64,000 nt of DNA from a bacterium. GTDB lineage: Bacteria > Margulisbacteria > Marinamargulisbacteria > JABIPA01. A program made the translations under genes and the position numbers. A model generated the notes under the pieces. The model was not told the origin of the DNA, did no database searches, and saw only the letters and a program-made list of their open reading frames with translations. The DNA lies in the NCBI GenBank assembly GCA_018698675.1, contig JABIPA010000023.1, forward strand, positions 37,409-101,408, given 5' to 3'. Positions 39,439-49,888 of this stretch are shown here, in pieces (position 1 is the stretch's first letter; the number at the start of each line of letters is the position of its first letter).

Positions 39439-41578
39439 TAATTAATTCCAAGTACTTTCCATTTAATTGAACGAGATGATCGTGGTTCCCCGACTCTACA
39501 ACCTTTCCATTTTCTAAATACAGAATAACGTGACTATCTCTAATGGTACTGAGTCTATGTGAAACGATTATTACAGTACAACCTCTTCTTCGAAGGTTGG
39601 ATAGAATTTTCTCTTCTATATTTGAATCGAGACCGGTCGTGGCCTCGTCAAATATAAGGATATTTGGCTCGAGAGCGAGTGCTCTAGCAATTTCTAGGCG
39701 TTGTCTCTCTCCACCACTGAAATTACTGCCGTTTTCAGATATAATCGAATCATATCCTCCTGAACGTGAGGTAATTACGGAATGAATGCATGCGTCTTTG
39801 GCCGCTTCGATAATTTTTGCGTCAACAATTGTTGAGTCCCAGAAAGCAATATTATTTTTGACGCTTCCTTCAAAGAGAAAGGAGTGATCTCCTACGTAAG
39901 CTATAGAAGAAGCCAACAACGAATTTGAATATGTCGAGATTGATTTTCCGTCTAAAAGGATTTGCCCGGTGATAGGTTTTAAGAGTCCAACAATAATATT
40001 AGAAACCGTTGTTTTTCCGCTTCCTGATTGGCCTACAAGTGCGATTTGCTGGCCAGGTTCAACGTAAAGACAAAAATCATTTAAGACTGGTTCGTCAGAC
40101 GAGCTATATCCAAAGTAAATATGCCGTAATTCCAATTTTCCTTCAACTCGTTGAGTATTTTCTGGATCCTGTTTGACAGAAGATTCATCAGAGTGACCAT
40201 TTTGATAAATATCTTGTAGTCTTTGAAGACTAGCTTCTAATTTCTTTGTTGTGTTTCCCAGACCAACAAATCGTTTTATAGGTACGTGAAAGTTATAGGA
40301 AATGTACATGAATGCGACAAGCAAACCTGGCGATAAGTCTCCATTCATTACATGTATTCCCCCACAAACCAAAATGATACTTTGACCAACATATATCAAA
40401 AAGTCAGGGATTAGTAGAAAGAGATGGTTAGATGACTCGAGGCGGTTACGAGTATTATGAGACTTAACAAAAAATCCGGACCATCTCGAAAAAGAATCAG
40501 TTTCTCCTCCGGCCGCTTTAATTGTATCAATTGATTGAATAATGGATGTCGATACACCATATAAATTATCATCTTCTTTAGCTAATAATTGGGAGGATGA
40601 CTCCATTTTCTTTGTGAAGACGTAAAAAAAGGCATAATTTATAAGTCCAATAAATAGTGAAATGAACGCAAGTGATACGTCATAAACTATCATAGTTAAA
40701 AATAATAAAACTAGGGTTAATGAATCAGAAATAAATCGAGTGAAATCTTCAGAAATATATTTAGAAATCTCGCTAAATGACTGTATGCGAAGGGAAAGCT
40801 CTCCTTTCGAACGTTGGTCAAAAAAAGTGGACGGTAGATGAATTATTTTCCAAAATAGTCGACTAGAATGAGTTACAGAAAGAATGGTTTGTAATTTAAG
40901 AACTTGTTGTTGCTGCAGATAAGTTAATAGGGCCTGAAGACAAGATGTTATGACTATGGCAGCTACTAAATGGCTAATCCATGACGTTTCTTTTTCAACT
41001 AAAATAACGTCGATAAATATTGATAAAAAATTAGGGATAAGTATAGCCGTTATTGCGAGCAATATAGATGTGATGAAGATATACGTTAAAAAACTAGTAT
41101 TAGTTTTTAGAATGGAAAATAATTCTGAAAACATGGATCTTTTTTTTCCTGATTTTGAAAATGTATCTGACTTTGTAAAACTAAGTGTAATATTAGAATA
41201 TGATTCTAAAAACTCCGAATAGGAAATACGTCTTCTACCGCTCGCTGGGTCATTGAGATAGGCATAGGTCGGCGTCAGTTTTTCGAGTACTAAAAAGTGA
41301 TTGAAATTCCAGAATACGATTACAGGTAACGTTTGTTCTAATAAATCTTCTGGGGATAACTTGAAGCCAGTGGCATTAAGTCCAAAATGGTTCGCTGTTT
41401 TAATTATACTGCTAGCTCGGCTTCCGTCTCTAGAAACGCCGCAAAGGAACCTTATTTCCTCCAATGGGATAAATTTACCGTAGTAGCCAAGAATGATGCT
41501 TAAGGCAGCCGCTCCGCATTCTGCGGCCTCCATTTGTAATACAATCGGAGTTTTTTGTTTTGATTTAAAATCAAACAT
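39428..41578 (-). CDS. Peptidase C39-domain ABC transporter (bacteriocin-processing exporter)
   Basis: 716 aa. The N-terminal C39 peptidase has Cys (EAAECGAAALS), His (FNHFLVL) and Asp (NDPASG). The TM domain is followed by Walker A (GQSGSGKTT) and the signature LSGGERQRL. It overlaps the downstream ABC gene by 11 nt. Confidence 0.85.
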   Translation of the reverse strand: MFDFKSKQKTPIVLQMEAAECGAAALSIILGYYGKFIPLEEIRFLCGVSRDGSRASSIIKTANHFGLNATGFKLSPEDLLEQTLPVIVFWNFNHFLVLEKLTPTYAYLNDPASGRRRISYSEFLESYSNITLSFTKSDTFSKSGKKRSMFSELFSILKTNTSFLTYIFITSILLAITAILIPNFLSIFIDVILVEKETSWISHLVAAIVITSCLQALLTYLQQQQVLKLQTILSVTHSSRLFWKIIHLPSTFFDQRSKGELSLRIQSFSEISKYISEDFTRFISDSLTLVLLFLTMIVYDVSLAFISLFIGLINYAFFYVFTKKMESSSQLLAKEDDNLYGVSTSIIQSIDTIKAAGGETDSFSRWSGFFVKSHNTRNRLESSNHLFLLIPDFLIYVGQSIILVCGGIHVMNGDLSPGLLVAFMYISYNFHVPIKRFVGLGNTTKKLEASLQRLQDIYQNGHSDESSVKQDPENTQRVEGKLELRHIYFGYSSSDEPVLNDFCLYVEPGQQIALVGQSGSGKTTVSNIIVGLLKPITGQILLDGKSISTYSNSLLASSIAYVGDHSFLFEGSVKNNIAFWDSTIVDAKIIEAAKDACIHSVITSRSGGYDSIISENGSNFSGGERQRLEIARALALEPNILIFDEATTGLDSNIEEKILSNLRRRGCTVIIVSHRLSTIRDSHVILYLENGKVVESGNHDHLVQLNGKYLELINDK

Positions 41579-42537
41579 TAGTTAGACGATATTTGTTTTC
41601 TAAAGTAGGGGACGAGTTTAGAAACAGGATGATAGATGTCTTTTATGATAATCGCTTCGCACATTGTACCTGGGTAAATGGGCAGACCATTACTTTTTTT
41701 TGTCGTCCATTTATAGTTATTGTTAACGCCGGAACCTTTATCAAATCGAATACGTACTTCAATTGGAACAAAATTTTCAATTATTTTGTCTACGAAAGCT
41801 GTGTTTTTAATTACTCTCATTATGCCTTTTTTACTAGAGGGGTACATTGACACGTAAGATACTTTTCCTAAAATTGCCCCATCTTTTTCCTTGATGTACG
41901 TCGATGGAGATATATAGACAGTCATTCCTTTTTTAATACTGCTTCCTGATGTAGGTGAAAGATAAACTGTTGCTTCAAGAGGTTCCTTTGAGGACAAATC
42001 CATACGCACAATAGCTTCTCCCTTTTTAATAAATTCACCCTTGTCTTTAAGTATTTCTATAACATTTCCGTTATATGGACTTACGATTTGTGTAATGTTT
42101 TTATGTTGTTCGTTTAGAAGGGCTAAATCAAATAAGGTCTGCTTTAACAGTTTCTTTTGTTTTGATGAGGGTCTACGTATTGATTTTAGGGATGCGACAC
42201 TATTTTTTAATTTTTGAATTCGAAATTCAAGATCTTTATCCCAAAGTGTTGCAATAACTTGTCCTTGTTTTATTCTGTCTCCTGTTTTGAGGTCAAGAGA
42301 ACGAATAGGATGGCTATGATAAGAAACTATGTCAAAGATTCCTCCCGGTTTCATAATAATGCCACTTCCAGATACAGTTGACATTACCTGTCCAAAAAAA
42401 CCAAATAGAATGATACATAGTGTAGTGAAGAAAAGAGAAAAAAGAATAATCCATTTTGTACTCGAAATTGGCTTAACGAGTTCATCAAGTTTATCAGGAG
42501 AGGAATATGCTTCTATTGAGTTTTCTGATTCAATCAT
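41578..42537 (-). CDS. HlyD-family membrane-fusion / secretion protein
   Basis: 319 aa with an N-terminal TM anchor, coiled-coil region and beta-barrel / lipoyl-like segments typical of HlyD. Its stop overlaps the start of the C39-ABC gene. Confidence 0.75.
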   Translation of the reverse strand: MIESENSIEAYSSPDKLDELVKPISSTKWIILFSLFFTTLCIILFGFFGQVMSTVSGSGIIMKPGGIFDIVSYHSHPIRSLDLKTGDRIKQGQVIATLWDKDLEFRIQKLKNSVASLKSIRRPSSKQKKLLKQTLFDLALLNEQHKNITQIVSPYNGNVIEILKDKGEFIKKGEAIVRMDLSSKEPLEATVYLSPTSGSSIKKGMTVYISPSTYIKEKDGAILGKVSYVSMYPSSKKGIMRVIKNTAFVDKIIENFVPIEVRIRFDKGSGVNNNYKWTTKKSNGLPIYPGTMCEAIIIKDIYHPVSKLVPYFRKQISSN

Positions 42538-42634
42538 TTTAGTTTGGGTTAGTGAACTTAGTGTAACATAACTAATTTACTATAAAAACGTTTTTACTTT
42601 TTAAACAAAAGTGATAAAATACTTTCTCTGTTGA

Positions 42635-42710
42635 GCGGGAGTAGCTCAGTTGGTAGAGCACTAGCCTTCCAAGCTTGTTGTCGCCGGTTCGAGACCGGTC
42701 TCCCGCTCCA
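42635..42710 (+). tRNA. tRNA-Gly (anticodon TCC), CCA encoded
   Basis: Cloverleaf read by hand: acceptor GCGGGAG/CTCCCGC, D-arm GCTC..GAGC, anticodon loop CTTCCAA, T-arm GCCGG TTCGAGA CCGGT, 3' TCCA. Confidence 0.9.
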
Positions 42711-42854
42711 AATAACAGTCGTATCAATATCTTCTTCAATTTTTAGATTCTTTTTCAATTTTATTTTCCAATTAGTCAAAGAGAAAGCTTTCAAGCTTAC
42801 GTTTTATTTATGTATTTAATTTATTTCTGTATAAACTCATTGTATACTTAAACA

Positions 42855-43862
42855 ATGCTTCCTTTTAAACAAATTGACATGGAACTCTTGGTTCTGGATA
42901 GACCTGACGGAGACTTTAAAAATAGATTGCAGTCCATTTCTAAAAATATTGGCCTTCAGTTCGAATCCACTAAAGACATTGATGAATTTCAGGATAAAGT
43001 TGAGAAATACAAAGAGAAGATTGGAATTATTGCGTTAAATTTAGATCTTGTTGAAGAGAGAGGTCTTGAGATATTAGAATGGGTTAAGTTAAAGAAATAT
43101 AGCATCGAAGTTTTTACTTATTCGAAATTGTATCATGAGGAACTAGTCACTCTTTTGGTTTCTTATGGCAGTTTTTCTCATTTTTACGGACCTCTTTATG
43201 ATAATGATATTTGGTGTAGCCTTCTAAAGGCGAGTACTCATGTATCACTTCGAAAGAACGTGCTATATCAGGCTACCAACATTCTTGGAATGCCATATGA
43301 AGCCGTAGAACTTGTAAATTCAATATACAGTGTGATTTCTAAAAAAAGGTCTGAAGGTTCGTATATAAATGAGTTTGATTTAGTTTCAATGTTTCCAAAA
43401 CGTATTGCGTTGCCAATTTCAAAAAAACATAGAGACTTTACATTGGATAAAAAGGAATTACCTTCGATTTTTATGATAGTTGAAGATAATACTATGAGAA
43501 ATAGATTATATTCTTTATTAAAAGATATAGTTAGGCTTGAGGTAGCAACTTCAGGAAAAGAAGCTCTTGAACGTTCAAGAATAATTAGACCCAAAATGGT
43601 CCTTGTGGACGTCAGACTATCGGATGTTTCCGGATACGACGTGATTCGAGAAATAAGGGAACGGCATCACATTCCCTTTACTCTAATAACAAATAAAGCA
43701 GTTACAAACATTGATAAAAGCTTATTAAAGCAAGATTGGGTCGATTTTATTAATCATCCGTTTAAACCACCCTTCGTATTGAGTAGTTTGTCCAGGTTAC
43801 TGCAGTTAAAAGCGACGATTAAATTGTTCAATTGGGTGAAAGAGGAAATTAATCCAACTTAG
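42855..43862 (+). CDS. Response-regulator receiver protein (C-terminal REC domain, degenerate N-terminal REC-like domain, no output domain)
   Basis: 335 aa with a C-terminal REC domain carrying a phospho-acceptor Asp (MVLVDVRLSDVSGYDV) and the K in the FTLITNKA region. Confidence 0.65.
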   Translation: MLPFKQIDMELLVLDRPDGDFKNRLQSISKNIGLQFESTKDIDEFQDKVEKYKEKIGIIALNLDLVEERGLEILEWVKLKKYSIEVFTYSKLYHEELVTLLVSYGSFSHFYGPLYDNDIWCSLLKASTHVSLRKNVLYQATNILGMPYEAVELVNSIYSVISKKRSEGSYINEFDLVSMFPKRIALPISKKHRDFTLDKKELPSIFMIVEDNTMRNRLYSLLKDIVRLEVATSGKEALERSRIIRPKMVLVDVRLSDVSGYDVIREIRERHHIPFTLITNKAVTNIDKSLLKQDWVDFINHPFKPPFVLSSLSRLLQLKATIKLFNWVKEEINPT

Positions 43863-43870
43863 TATTCGAA

Positions 43871-44701
43871 TTAAAGACGGATGCGATACTTTTTTCCCTT
43901 AAATTTAAAATTTAGTCCGACTGCACTTAATCCTATTCCTTCTTTTATCTCTCTTTTTGCTCCATATTGAGTATCTCCGACAAGAGGTGTCAGGTACAGC
44001 GAGGCGTGAGCCCGTATTTGATGACGTCGCCCTGTAAATGTAAAGACGTTATAGGTTATGTACTCTTCCGTTTGCTTAGTTAATCGGAAATAAGATTTCG
44101 ATACCTTCCCGTCTGAATCGCACCCTGTTTTTTTCACGAATGCTAATTTGTCGATGACTCGAAAATGTGTAATTTTTGGGGCATCGTCATTTGGTCTCAT
44201 TTTAGCTTCATAGCACTTAAATATTTTTCGATCCGCCATAAGTTTAAATAGTCCAATTTCAGTTTTTTTGTTCTTTGGATATAAAACAAGGCCTGAGACA
44301 GTGTAGTCTAATCTTGTCGTAGGAGTAGGCGAGTAAATTATGTTTTTACTATGTAAGTAGTTTTTTACTGCATAGCTAAGATTACAAGTTAGACTGGGTA
44401 AATCTGAGATCGATGGTATTCCTTTTTCCTTGTTAACTACCAAAAAATCAGAACATTCAAAAACAACGTCCGACTCAGTAATCTTACATATTTTTGTCTG
44501 ATTTTCACTTACGTATACTCTCAACGTCTTTCCTTTGGGAATAGTAAGTGTCGGATCAAGTACGCGAACGTTATCCAGCCAAATTCCTCCGCAATTTAGA
44601 ATCCCAAGCCAATCATACCGTTTGGGAAGATGTTTTTTTAAAAGTTCGGAAGCACGACATGAAAATTTTGCGGTTAAGTAGTAAGAGTGGAGTTTTTTCA
44701 T
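43871..44701 (-). CDS. RluA-family pseudouridine synthase
   Basis: 276 aa with the catalytic Asp motif (TRLDYTVSGLVL) and GRRHQIRAH. Confidence 0.8.
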   Translation of the reverse strand: MKKLHSYYLTAKFSCRASELLKKHLPKRYDWLGILNCGGIWLDNVRVLDPTLTIPKGKTLRVYVSENQTKICKITESDVVFECSDFLVVNKEKGIPSISDLPSLTCNLSYAVKNYLHSKNIIYSPTPTTRLDYTVSGLVLYPKNKKTEIGLFKLMADRKIFKCYEAKMRPNDDAPKITHFRVIDKLAFVKKTGCDSDGKVSKSYFRLTKQTEEYITYNVFTFTGRRHQIRAHASLYLTPLVGDTQYGAKREIKEGIGLSAVGLNFKFKGKKYRIRL

Positions 44702-44727
44702 TAAAATTTGTGTAACAACCTAGCCAT

Positions 44728-45516
44728 TTATTTACTATTTAGGTCCCAGTTGTAAGGTAGATAGGTAATACCGTAAGTATCTGTTGGAAGTTTAATGTAT
44801 TCAGAAATGAAATTCTTGATTCCTTCTTTTCCTCCAAAATCTTTCTCAAACCAATGAAATATTTTGCTGATTTCAACTTGGTTACGCGATACGTTGTATA
44901 TAAGACCTTTTGTCGGATTTTTCAAAAATTGTGTAGTTTGGTCATCTAGTTGACTAAATAAAAGGTTAGCAGTGTATGCTTCAGATCGTAAATTTGGACA
45001 AGATAATGATGCACAAACAATAGCAAAATGAATACCTGGTTCACCCATTTTTCTGAGGATATCATGTTCAATTTTATTTAATGAGTATGATACATTATTT
45101 ATAGTAATTGCAGGTTTATCCCAAACTGAATCAAACGCCCATCCGAGGTCTTTGATACTATTTTTTGGTTCGTGCTTGGTTATTAAGTTAACGGCAGCAA
45201 TGTTGTATACGTTTACCCAAAATGAAATTTTTTGAAGATCTGTTTCTAATTTACTGGTATCGAACGATTCGGTTTCTGAGATTAGATTTCGGAACGCTAC
45301 ATCATCTCTTAAAAATTCATAATTGATTAGGGTAGTGTGGATGTTTTTTTTAGTACTTTGGGATACATATTGTTTTAAAATTTCGTCCCATGTTTTTTCA
45401 AATTTAAAGTCGAATGAAAAAAGTGACGTATGAAAAGAAAACATGAGTAGAAGGCCATATAATATCGTTTTTTTAAATTTTAAAAAATTTGGTTTCATAA
45501 TAGCTCTTTCATACAA
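44728..45516 (-). CDS. DUF547 domain protein (secreted)
   Basis: 262 aa with a signal peptide and the DUF547 core (FWVNVYNIAAVNLI). Confidence 0.6.
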   Translation of the reverse strand: MYERAIMKPNFLKFKKTILYGLLLMFSFHTSLFSFDFKFEKTWDEILKQYVSQSTKKNIHTTLINYEFLRDDVAFRNLISETESFDTSKLETDLQKISFWVNVYNIAAVNLITKHEPKNSIKDLGWAFDSVWDKPAITINNVSYSLNKIEHDILRKMGEPGIHFAIVCASLSCPNLRSEAYTANLLFSQLDDQTTQFLKNPTKGLIYNVSRNQVEISKIFHWFEKDFGGKEGIKNFISEYIKLPTDTYGITYLPYNWDLNSK

Positions 45517-45592
45517 GTGGGTTGAATGGTTACAGTTGTATCAAGAAATTAATTAACATAATTGCTTGATACAACAGATTGTAACTAAATAA

Positions 45593-47392
45593 CTATTTTT
45601 TTCTTAAAGATTCAATAAGCTCTTTTTTTCTTAATCGAATCGATTTTGGAGTAACTTCCACAAGTTCAGAATCATCAATAAATGCGATAACTTGTTCAAG
45701 TGATAATTTTAAGGCTGGAACTAAACATACTGTATCATCAGAACCTGAGGCTCTCATATTTGTAAGTTTTTTTCCTTTACCTGGGTTTACCGTTAAATCA
45801 TCTTCTTTTGCATTTTTCCCGATTATTTGACCGCCGTATACTTGTTCGGCCGCTTCGATAATTAATTGACCTCTATCTTGAAGTTTGTCTAATGCGAAAG
45901 CCAATGCTTTACAATTTTCTTTAGCAATTAAAACGCCGTGTTTTCTAGTTTTAATTTCTCCTGAGAAAGCTCTGTATTCAAGAAAGATATATCCCATGAT
46001 ACCTCTTCCTTTTGTCGCCATTAAAAATTCACCTTGATATCCAAGTAAACCACGGGTCGGGATTTGATAAATTAGGCGTAATTTGCCAGTGTTTTCACCA
46101 ATTGGATCCATTGAAATCATTTGTCCTTTACGAGATGCAAGTTGTTCCATTACAACTCCCATAACGGATTCTTCGATATCGATCGTAAGTTCCTCAAAAG
46201 GTTCCATCACTTTTCCGTCTACCTTTTTGGTGATAACTGTCGGTCGAGACAGTTGAAACTCGTATCCTTCTCTTCTCATTTGTTCTACTAAGATAGAAAG
46301 GTGAAGTTCACCTCTACCTGATACCTTAAACCCAGCGTCTCCACCAAGGTTGTCTACAATAAGTGCAACGTCGCTTAATGCAGCTTTTTTCAATCGGTCC
46401 AAAATATTATTTGACGTTACAAATTCGCCTTCTTGACCGGCAAATGGGGAACTATTTACAAGAAATGTCATTGATATTGTTGGCGGGTCAATTGCTATCT
46501 CTGGTAGATATTGTGGATGGGCAGGGTCTGTTACAGTCATTCCAACTTTAAAGCCATCGACTCCTGCAATCGCAATAATATCTCCAACAGCTGCATTTTC
46601 AATAACGTCGTATTCGTTTGAAACAAATTGATAGATTTTAGTTACTCGAAATACTTGAGGTGTTTCGCCTTCACCACAAGAAAGAGCAACCTCTTGGTTA
46701 GTTGCTAAAGTCCCTTGTGTGATTTTTCCTATTGCTAATCGTCCAAGAAAACTTGAATAATCCAAATTTGATACTTGAAATTGAAATGGAAGGTCTTTGT
46801 CACCTTTTGGTTCTGGAACATAGTCTAAAATTTTATCAAAAAGTGGAACCATAGTTTCTGTTAAATCGTTTTCATCTTCGGTTGCAATTCCGTTTCTTGC
46901 TGAAGCATAAATTACTGGGAAGTCTAATATTTCGTCTGGCGCGTTTAATTCTGCCATGAGGTCAAATACTTGATCGATTACCCAACTCGTACGAGATGCT
47001 GGTTTATCGATTTTGTTAACAACAACAATAATAGGAAGGTTATGTTTTATTGCATTTTTTAGTACAAAGTAAGATTGAGGCATAGGTCCTTCTTGAGCGT
47101 CTACAAGAAAAAGAGCCGCGTCAGCCATATGGAGAATACGTTCAACTTCTCCTCCGAAGTCAGCATGGCCTGGTGTATCAATAATGTTAATTTTTGTATC
47201 TTTATAAATACAAGATCCAATTTTAGAGCGAATAGTAATTCCTCGTTCTTTTTCTAGGTCCATCGAATCCATAAGACGTTCGTCAACAACTTGGTTGTTT
47301 CTAAATAATCCACTTTGCTTAAATAATTGATCGACCAAGGTCGTTTTTCCGTGGTCAACGTGAGCAATAATCGCAATATTTCTTAATTTCAT
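45593..47392 (-). CDS. typA: Translational GTPase TypA/BipA
   Basis: 599 aa with G1 (AHVDHGKTTLVD), DTPGHADF and NKID motifs, plus EF-G-like domains. Confidence 0.95.
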   Translation of the reverse strand: MKLRNIAIIAHVDHGKTTLVDQLFKQSGLFRNNQVVDERLMDSMDLEKERGITIRSKIGSCIYKDTKINIIDTPGHADFGGEVERILHMADAALFLVDAQEGPMPQSYFVLKNAIKHNLPIIVVVNKIDKPASRTSWVIDQVFDLMAELNAPDEILDFPVIYASARNGIATEDENDLTETMVPLFDKILDYVPEPKGDKDLPFQFQVSNLDYSSFLGRLAIGKITQGTLATNQEVALSCGEGETPQVFRVTKIYQFVSNEYDVIENAAVGDIIAIAGVDGFKVGMTVTDPAHPQYLPEIAIDPPTISMTFLVNSSPFAGQEGEFVTSNNILDRLKKAALSDVALIVDNLGGDAGFKVSGRGELHLSILVEQMRREGYEFQLSRPTVITKKVDGKVMEPFEELTIDIEESVMGVVMEQLASRKGQMISMDPIGENTGKLRLIYQIPTRGLLGYQGEFLMATKGRGIMGYIFLEYRAFSGEIKTRKHGVLIAKENCKALAFALDKLQDRGQLIIEAAEQVYGGQIIGKNAKEDDLTVNPGKGKKLTNMRASGSDDTVCLVPALKLSLEQVIAFIDDSELVEVTPKSIRLRKKELIESLRKK

Positions 47393-47578
47393 AAAATTCT
47401 CCGTACATTTTTTAGCATAATAATAATCGTCCCCGAACTCTACTTCATACCGTTCAATTGGTCAATCCATTTGTGATGGAGATCCTTAATTAATTCGAGA
47501 CGATATTCTATTTGATAATTATGAAAAATTTTAGTGTAATGGAGGAATACACATAACAGTTTTGAATAGGGAGAACGT

Positions 47579-49846
47579 ATGCCAAAAAAGCGTTTTAGAT
47601 TTTATAAAATTCTATCGATAGAGAATACTGGATTAGAAGCCGTTTCTTTTATCAATAGGGAACCAAGTTTTCTTGCCGTGAAAGCTACATCAGAAAATGA
47701 AAACGTTCCTATTGAACAACCTACAGCCTTCGTTGGGGAACCATTGGCGAGTCAAGAAACTTATTCAGGCACCACCGTAAAAGATTTAATTGAAAAGCAA
47801 GCCTTAGAATCATGTGATAAATGGTTGAGAGAGAACAATGTTTTAGGAAACACTACGTTATTTTCTCCTGCATATACTGATGGAAATCTTTTTGATGCAA
47901 TAGATAAAATCAGGCAAAGCAAGAAATATGTTTTTAAATTAGCAGTGTTTGGGATTGAAATTGAGGAATTGGAGATGGTTTGTCCTTTTGAGATTGAGCC
48001 AATTAGTACGATGTTTTCATCTGAAGAACATAAAACCTTTAGTTTTGAAAAAAAATGGAATGAAGATATGTATCGGTACGGCGAGATCAGAAAAAAAAGA
48101 GTGGATCCCTTTATTAATCTTTATAAAGCGGCTGTGTTGGAAAAGTTTAGACATCAAGGTGAAATAGATAAAGCCGATAGCGAGGCGTCTAGCGATATAG
48201 TTTTAAATTTCATTGGTGATTCGGGTGAAGAGCACTACGACGATAAGATGCTTAAGTTGCTAGATGACAATGTAAAGAGCTTAAAAAAGTCCATTTTGGA
48301 ATGTGTTTCAATTCCCAATAATTTGATGTTAACCCAACAAGAAAACTTGGCTAGTTTTTTGGCCTTTTTAACACTTCCGTCGGTAGAATCAGAGAGTTTG
48401 TTAAATATAGCGTTAAAGGCTAATGGAATTTTATTTGATAATGATACATTTTTTGAAAACGAAAGTGATGTTTTTGAAAATGATCCTATGTTTACTAAAC
48501 TAATAATAGCTTACTTTAAATTGGCTTTAACCGATAAATATAGTTCTGAGGTAACCAATCTTATAGACACATTGAACATACAAAAATTACTAAATAATTC
48601 TTTTGGATGGCAGGCACAAGGTATTTTTAAATCTATAGTAGACCTGATGAAAGACGTGAATCGAATCGATAGCCGAGTTGGAAGCCATTCGAAAAAAATT
48701 GAAGAGGCCTTTAAAGGATACTTAGATGGACAGTTTAAAGAAGTACATAGAGAAAGACAGGATGGCTACGATAAAGCTGTGACGGACGATAGCTTTTATA
48801 GGACCTCGCAGGGAAGGTTGTCTCCTACAAAAGGAAATAGTTTTAGATCTAATTCTACGTTAGGCGTAATGGCGATGGCCGATTCTGGAAGAAATACATC
48901 TGGTTTTTTAAAGATTCCTCCTGCTGGAAGTTATGACATGAATGGTTCTCAGGGTGCAATGTCCTCCGAATTTTCTGATGACGAAGAATGTGATGAAAAC
49001 TTTTTAGACCTAAAAGACTCAATTGTTTTGGATGATCCTAAAAGTGATGTTAAGACAACAACTGAACTTAGCGGCGTCAATGTGCGACAAGCTCGTAATA
49101 GGACGGTTAGATCATTGTCGGAAAGCGAGGCTGTTGAGATAGAAGGGCAAGAAGAAAAGTTAGTTAATGAAAAGGTAGGTAAAGCGCGAGGGGTAGAAGT
49201 CGTCATAACTATTGCTGAAGCTATTCTTGGAATAGATATGAGTTTTAACGGATTAAAAGTTCCCTATCTTTTTAAGGATTATCTAAACGATGAAATAGAC
49301 GTCGAGGTCAACGTTAAAGGTGAAACCGTAAAAGTTTCTGAAACAGATAATCGTGCGGATGAAGAGAGTTTGTCTGTTGAAATTCAAGCATGGATTAAAC
49401 TAAAAAAATCGTATTATATGTGTATTAAAATCATTAATGACATTGTTTCTAGAAGTAAAGAAGAAGAAGAGAATGAGAAAGAAAATAGTAATTTTGTATT
49501 TACATTAGAAAAGCCTAAGATATTTTCCAAAAACCCTATGGAAAATGCAGTTGCGAGTATTAAATGCGCAATTCAAATGGTACAAAATCTTTTTAAATCT
49601 ATTGAAAGACAGAAAAAAAATATTTTGAAAGATTTTGATACAAAAATAGAAAAGGCATTAACATCTGAAAATGACAAAAGTCTATCAAATTATAATGGAT
49701 TAAGTTCTAAAGAAATTGAGTTGGAAAAAGAAATGTTTTTAAAGGCAGATTCACTGTTGAAAAACTGGGTTACTGGATATCTATTGTCTGAATTAGTAAT
49801 CGTTAATGGTAGAAATCGGCAGCGTATAAAAAAAGACGATAATTAA
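47579..49846 (+). CDS. Hypothetical 755-aa protein (paralog A of an uncharacterised family)
   Basis: Good SD (AGGGAG). It shares conserved blocks with the 51521..53914 product (ILFDNDTFFENESDVFEND, SIVDLMKDV, LVIVNGRN). Confidence 0.5.
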   Translation: MPKKRFRFYKILSIENTGLEAVSFINREPSFLAVKATSENENVPIEQPTAFVGEPLASQETYSGTTVKDLIEKQALESCDKWLRENNVLGNTTLFSPAYTDGNLFDAIDKIRQSKKYVFKLAVFGIEIEELEMVCPFEIEPISTMFSSEEHKTFSFEKKWNEDMYRYGEIRKKRVDPFINLYKAAVLEKFRHQGEIDKADSEASSDIVLNFIGDSGEEHYDDKMLKLLDDNVKSLKKSILECVSIPNNLMLTQQENLASFLAFLTLPSVESESLLNIALKANGILFDNDTFFENESDVFENDPMFTKLIIAYFKLALTDKYSSEVTNLIDTLNIQKLLNNSFGWQAQGIFKSIVDLMKDVNRIDSRVGSHSKKIEEAFKGYLDGQFKEVHRERQDGYDKAVTDDSFYRTSQGRLSPTKGNSFRSNSTLGVMAMADSGRNTSGFLKIPPAGSYDMNGSQGAMSSEFSDDEECDENFLDLKDSIVLDDPKSDVKTTTELSGVNVRQARNRTVRSLSESEAVEIEGQEEKLVNEKVGKARGVEVVITIAEAILGIDMSFNGLKVPYLFKDYLNDEIDVEVNVKGETVKVSETDNRADEESLSVEIQAWIKLKKSYYMCIKIINDIVSRSKEEEENEKENSNFVFTLEKPKIFSKNPMENAVASIKCAIQMVQNLFKSIERQKKNILKDFDTKIEKALTSENDKSLSNYNGLSSKEIELEKEMFLKADSLLKNWVTGYLLSELVIVNGRNRQRIKKDDN

Positions 49847-49888
49847 AATGAATCTTTTACGACCTTTCCAACAGAATGCTTTTAAAAC

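Noticed and set aside
42594-42819. ORFs 42594..42794 (-) and 42631..42819 (+) overlapping the tRNA-Gly locus
   Set aside because: These are translations of the tRNA gene itself (SGRPVSNRRQQA... is the classic tRNA shadow). The locus is a tRNA, not protein-coding.
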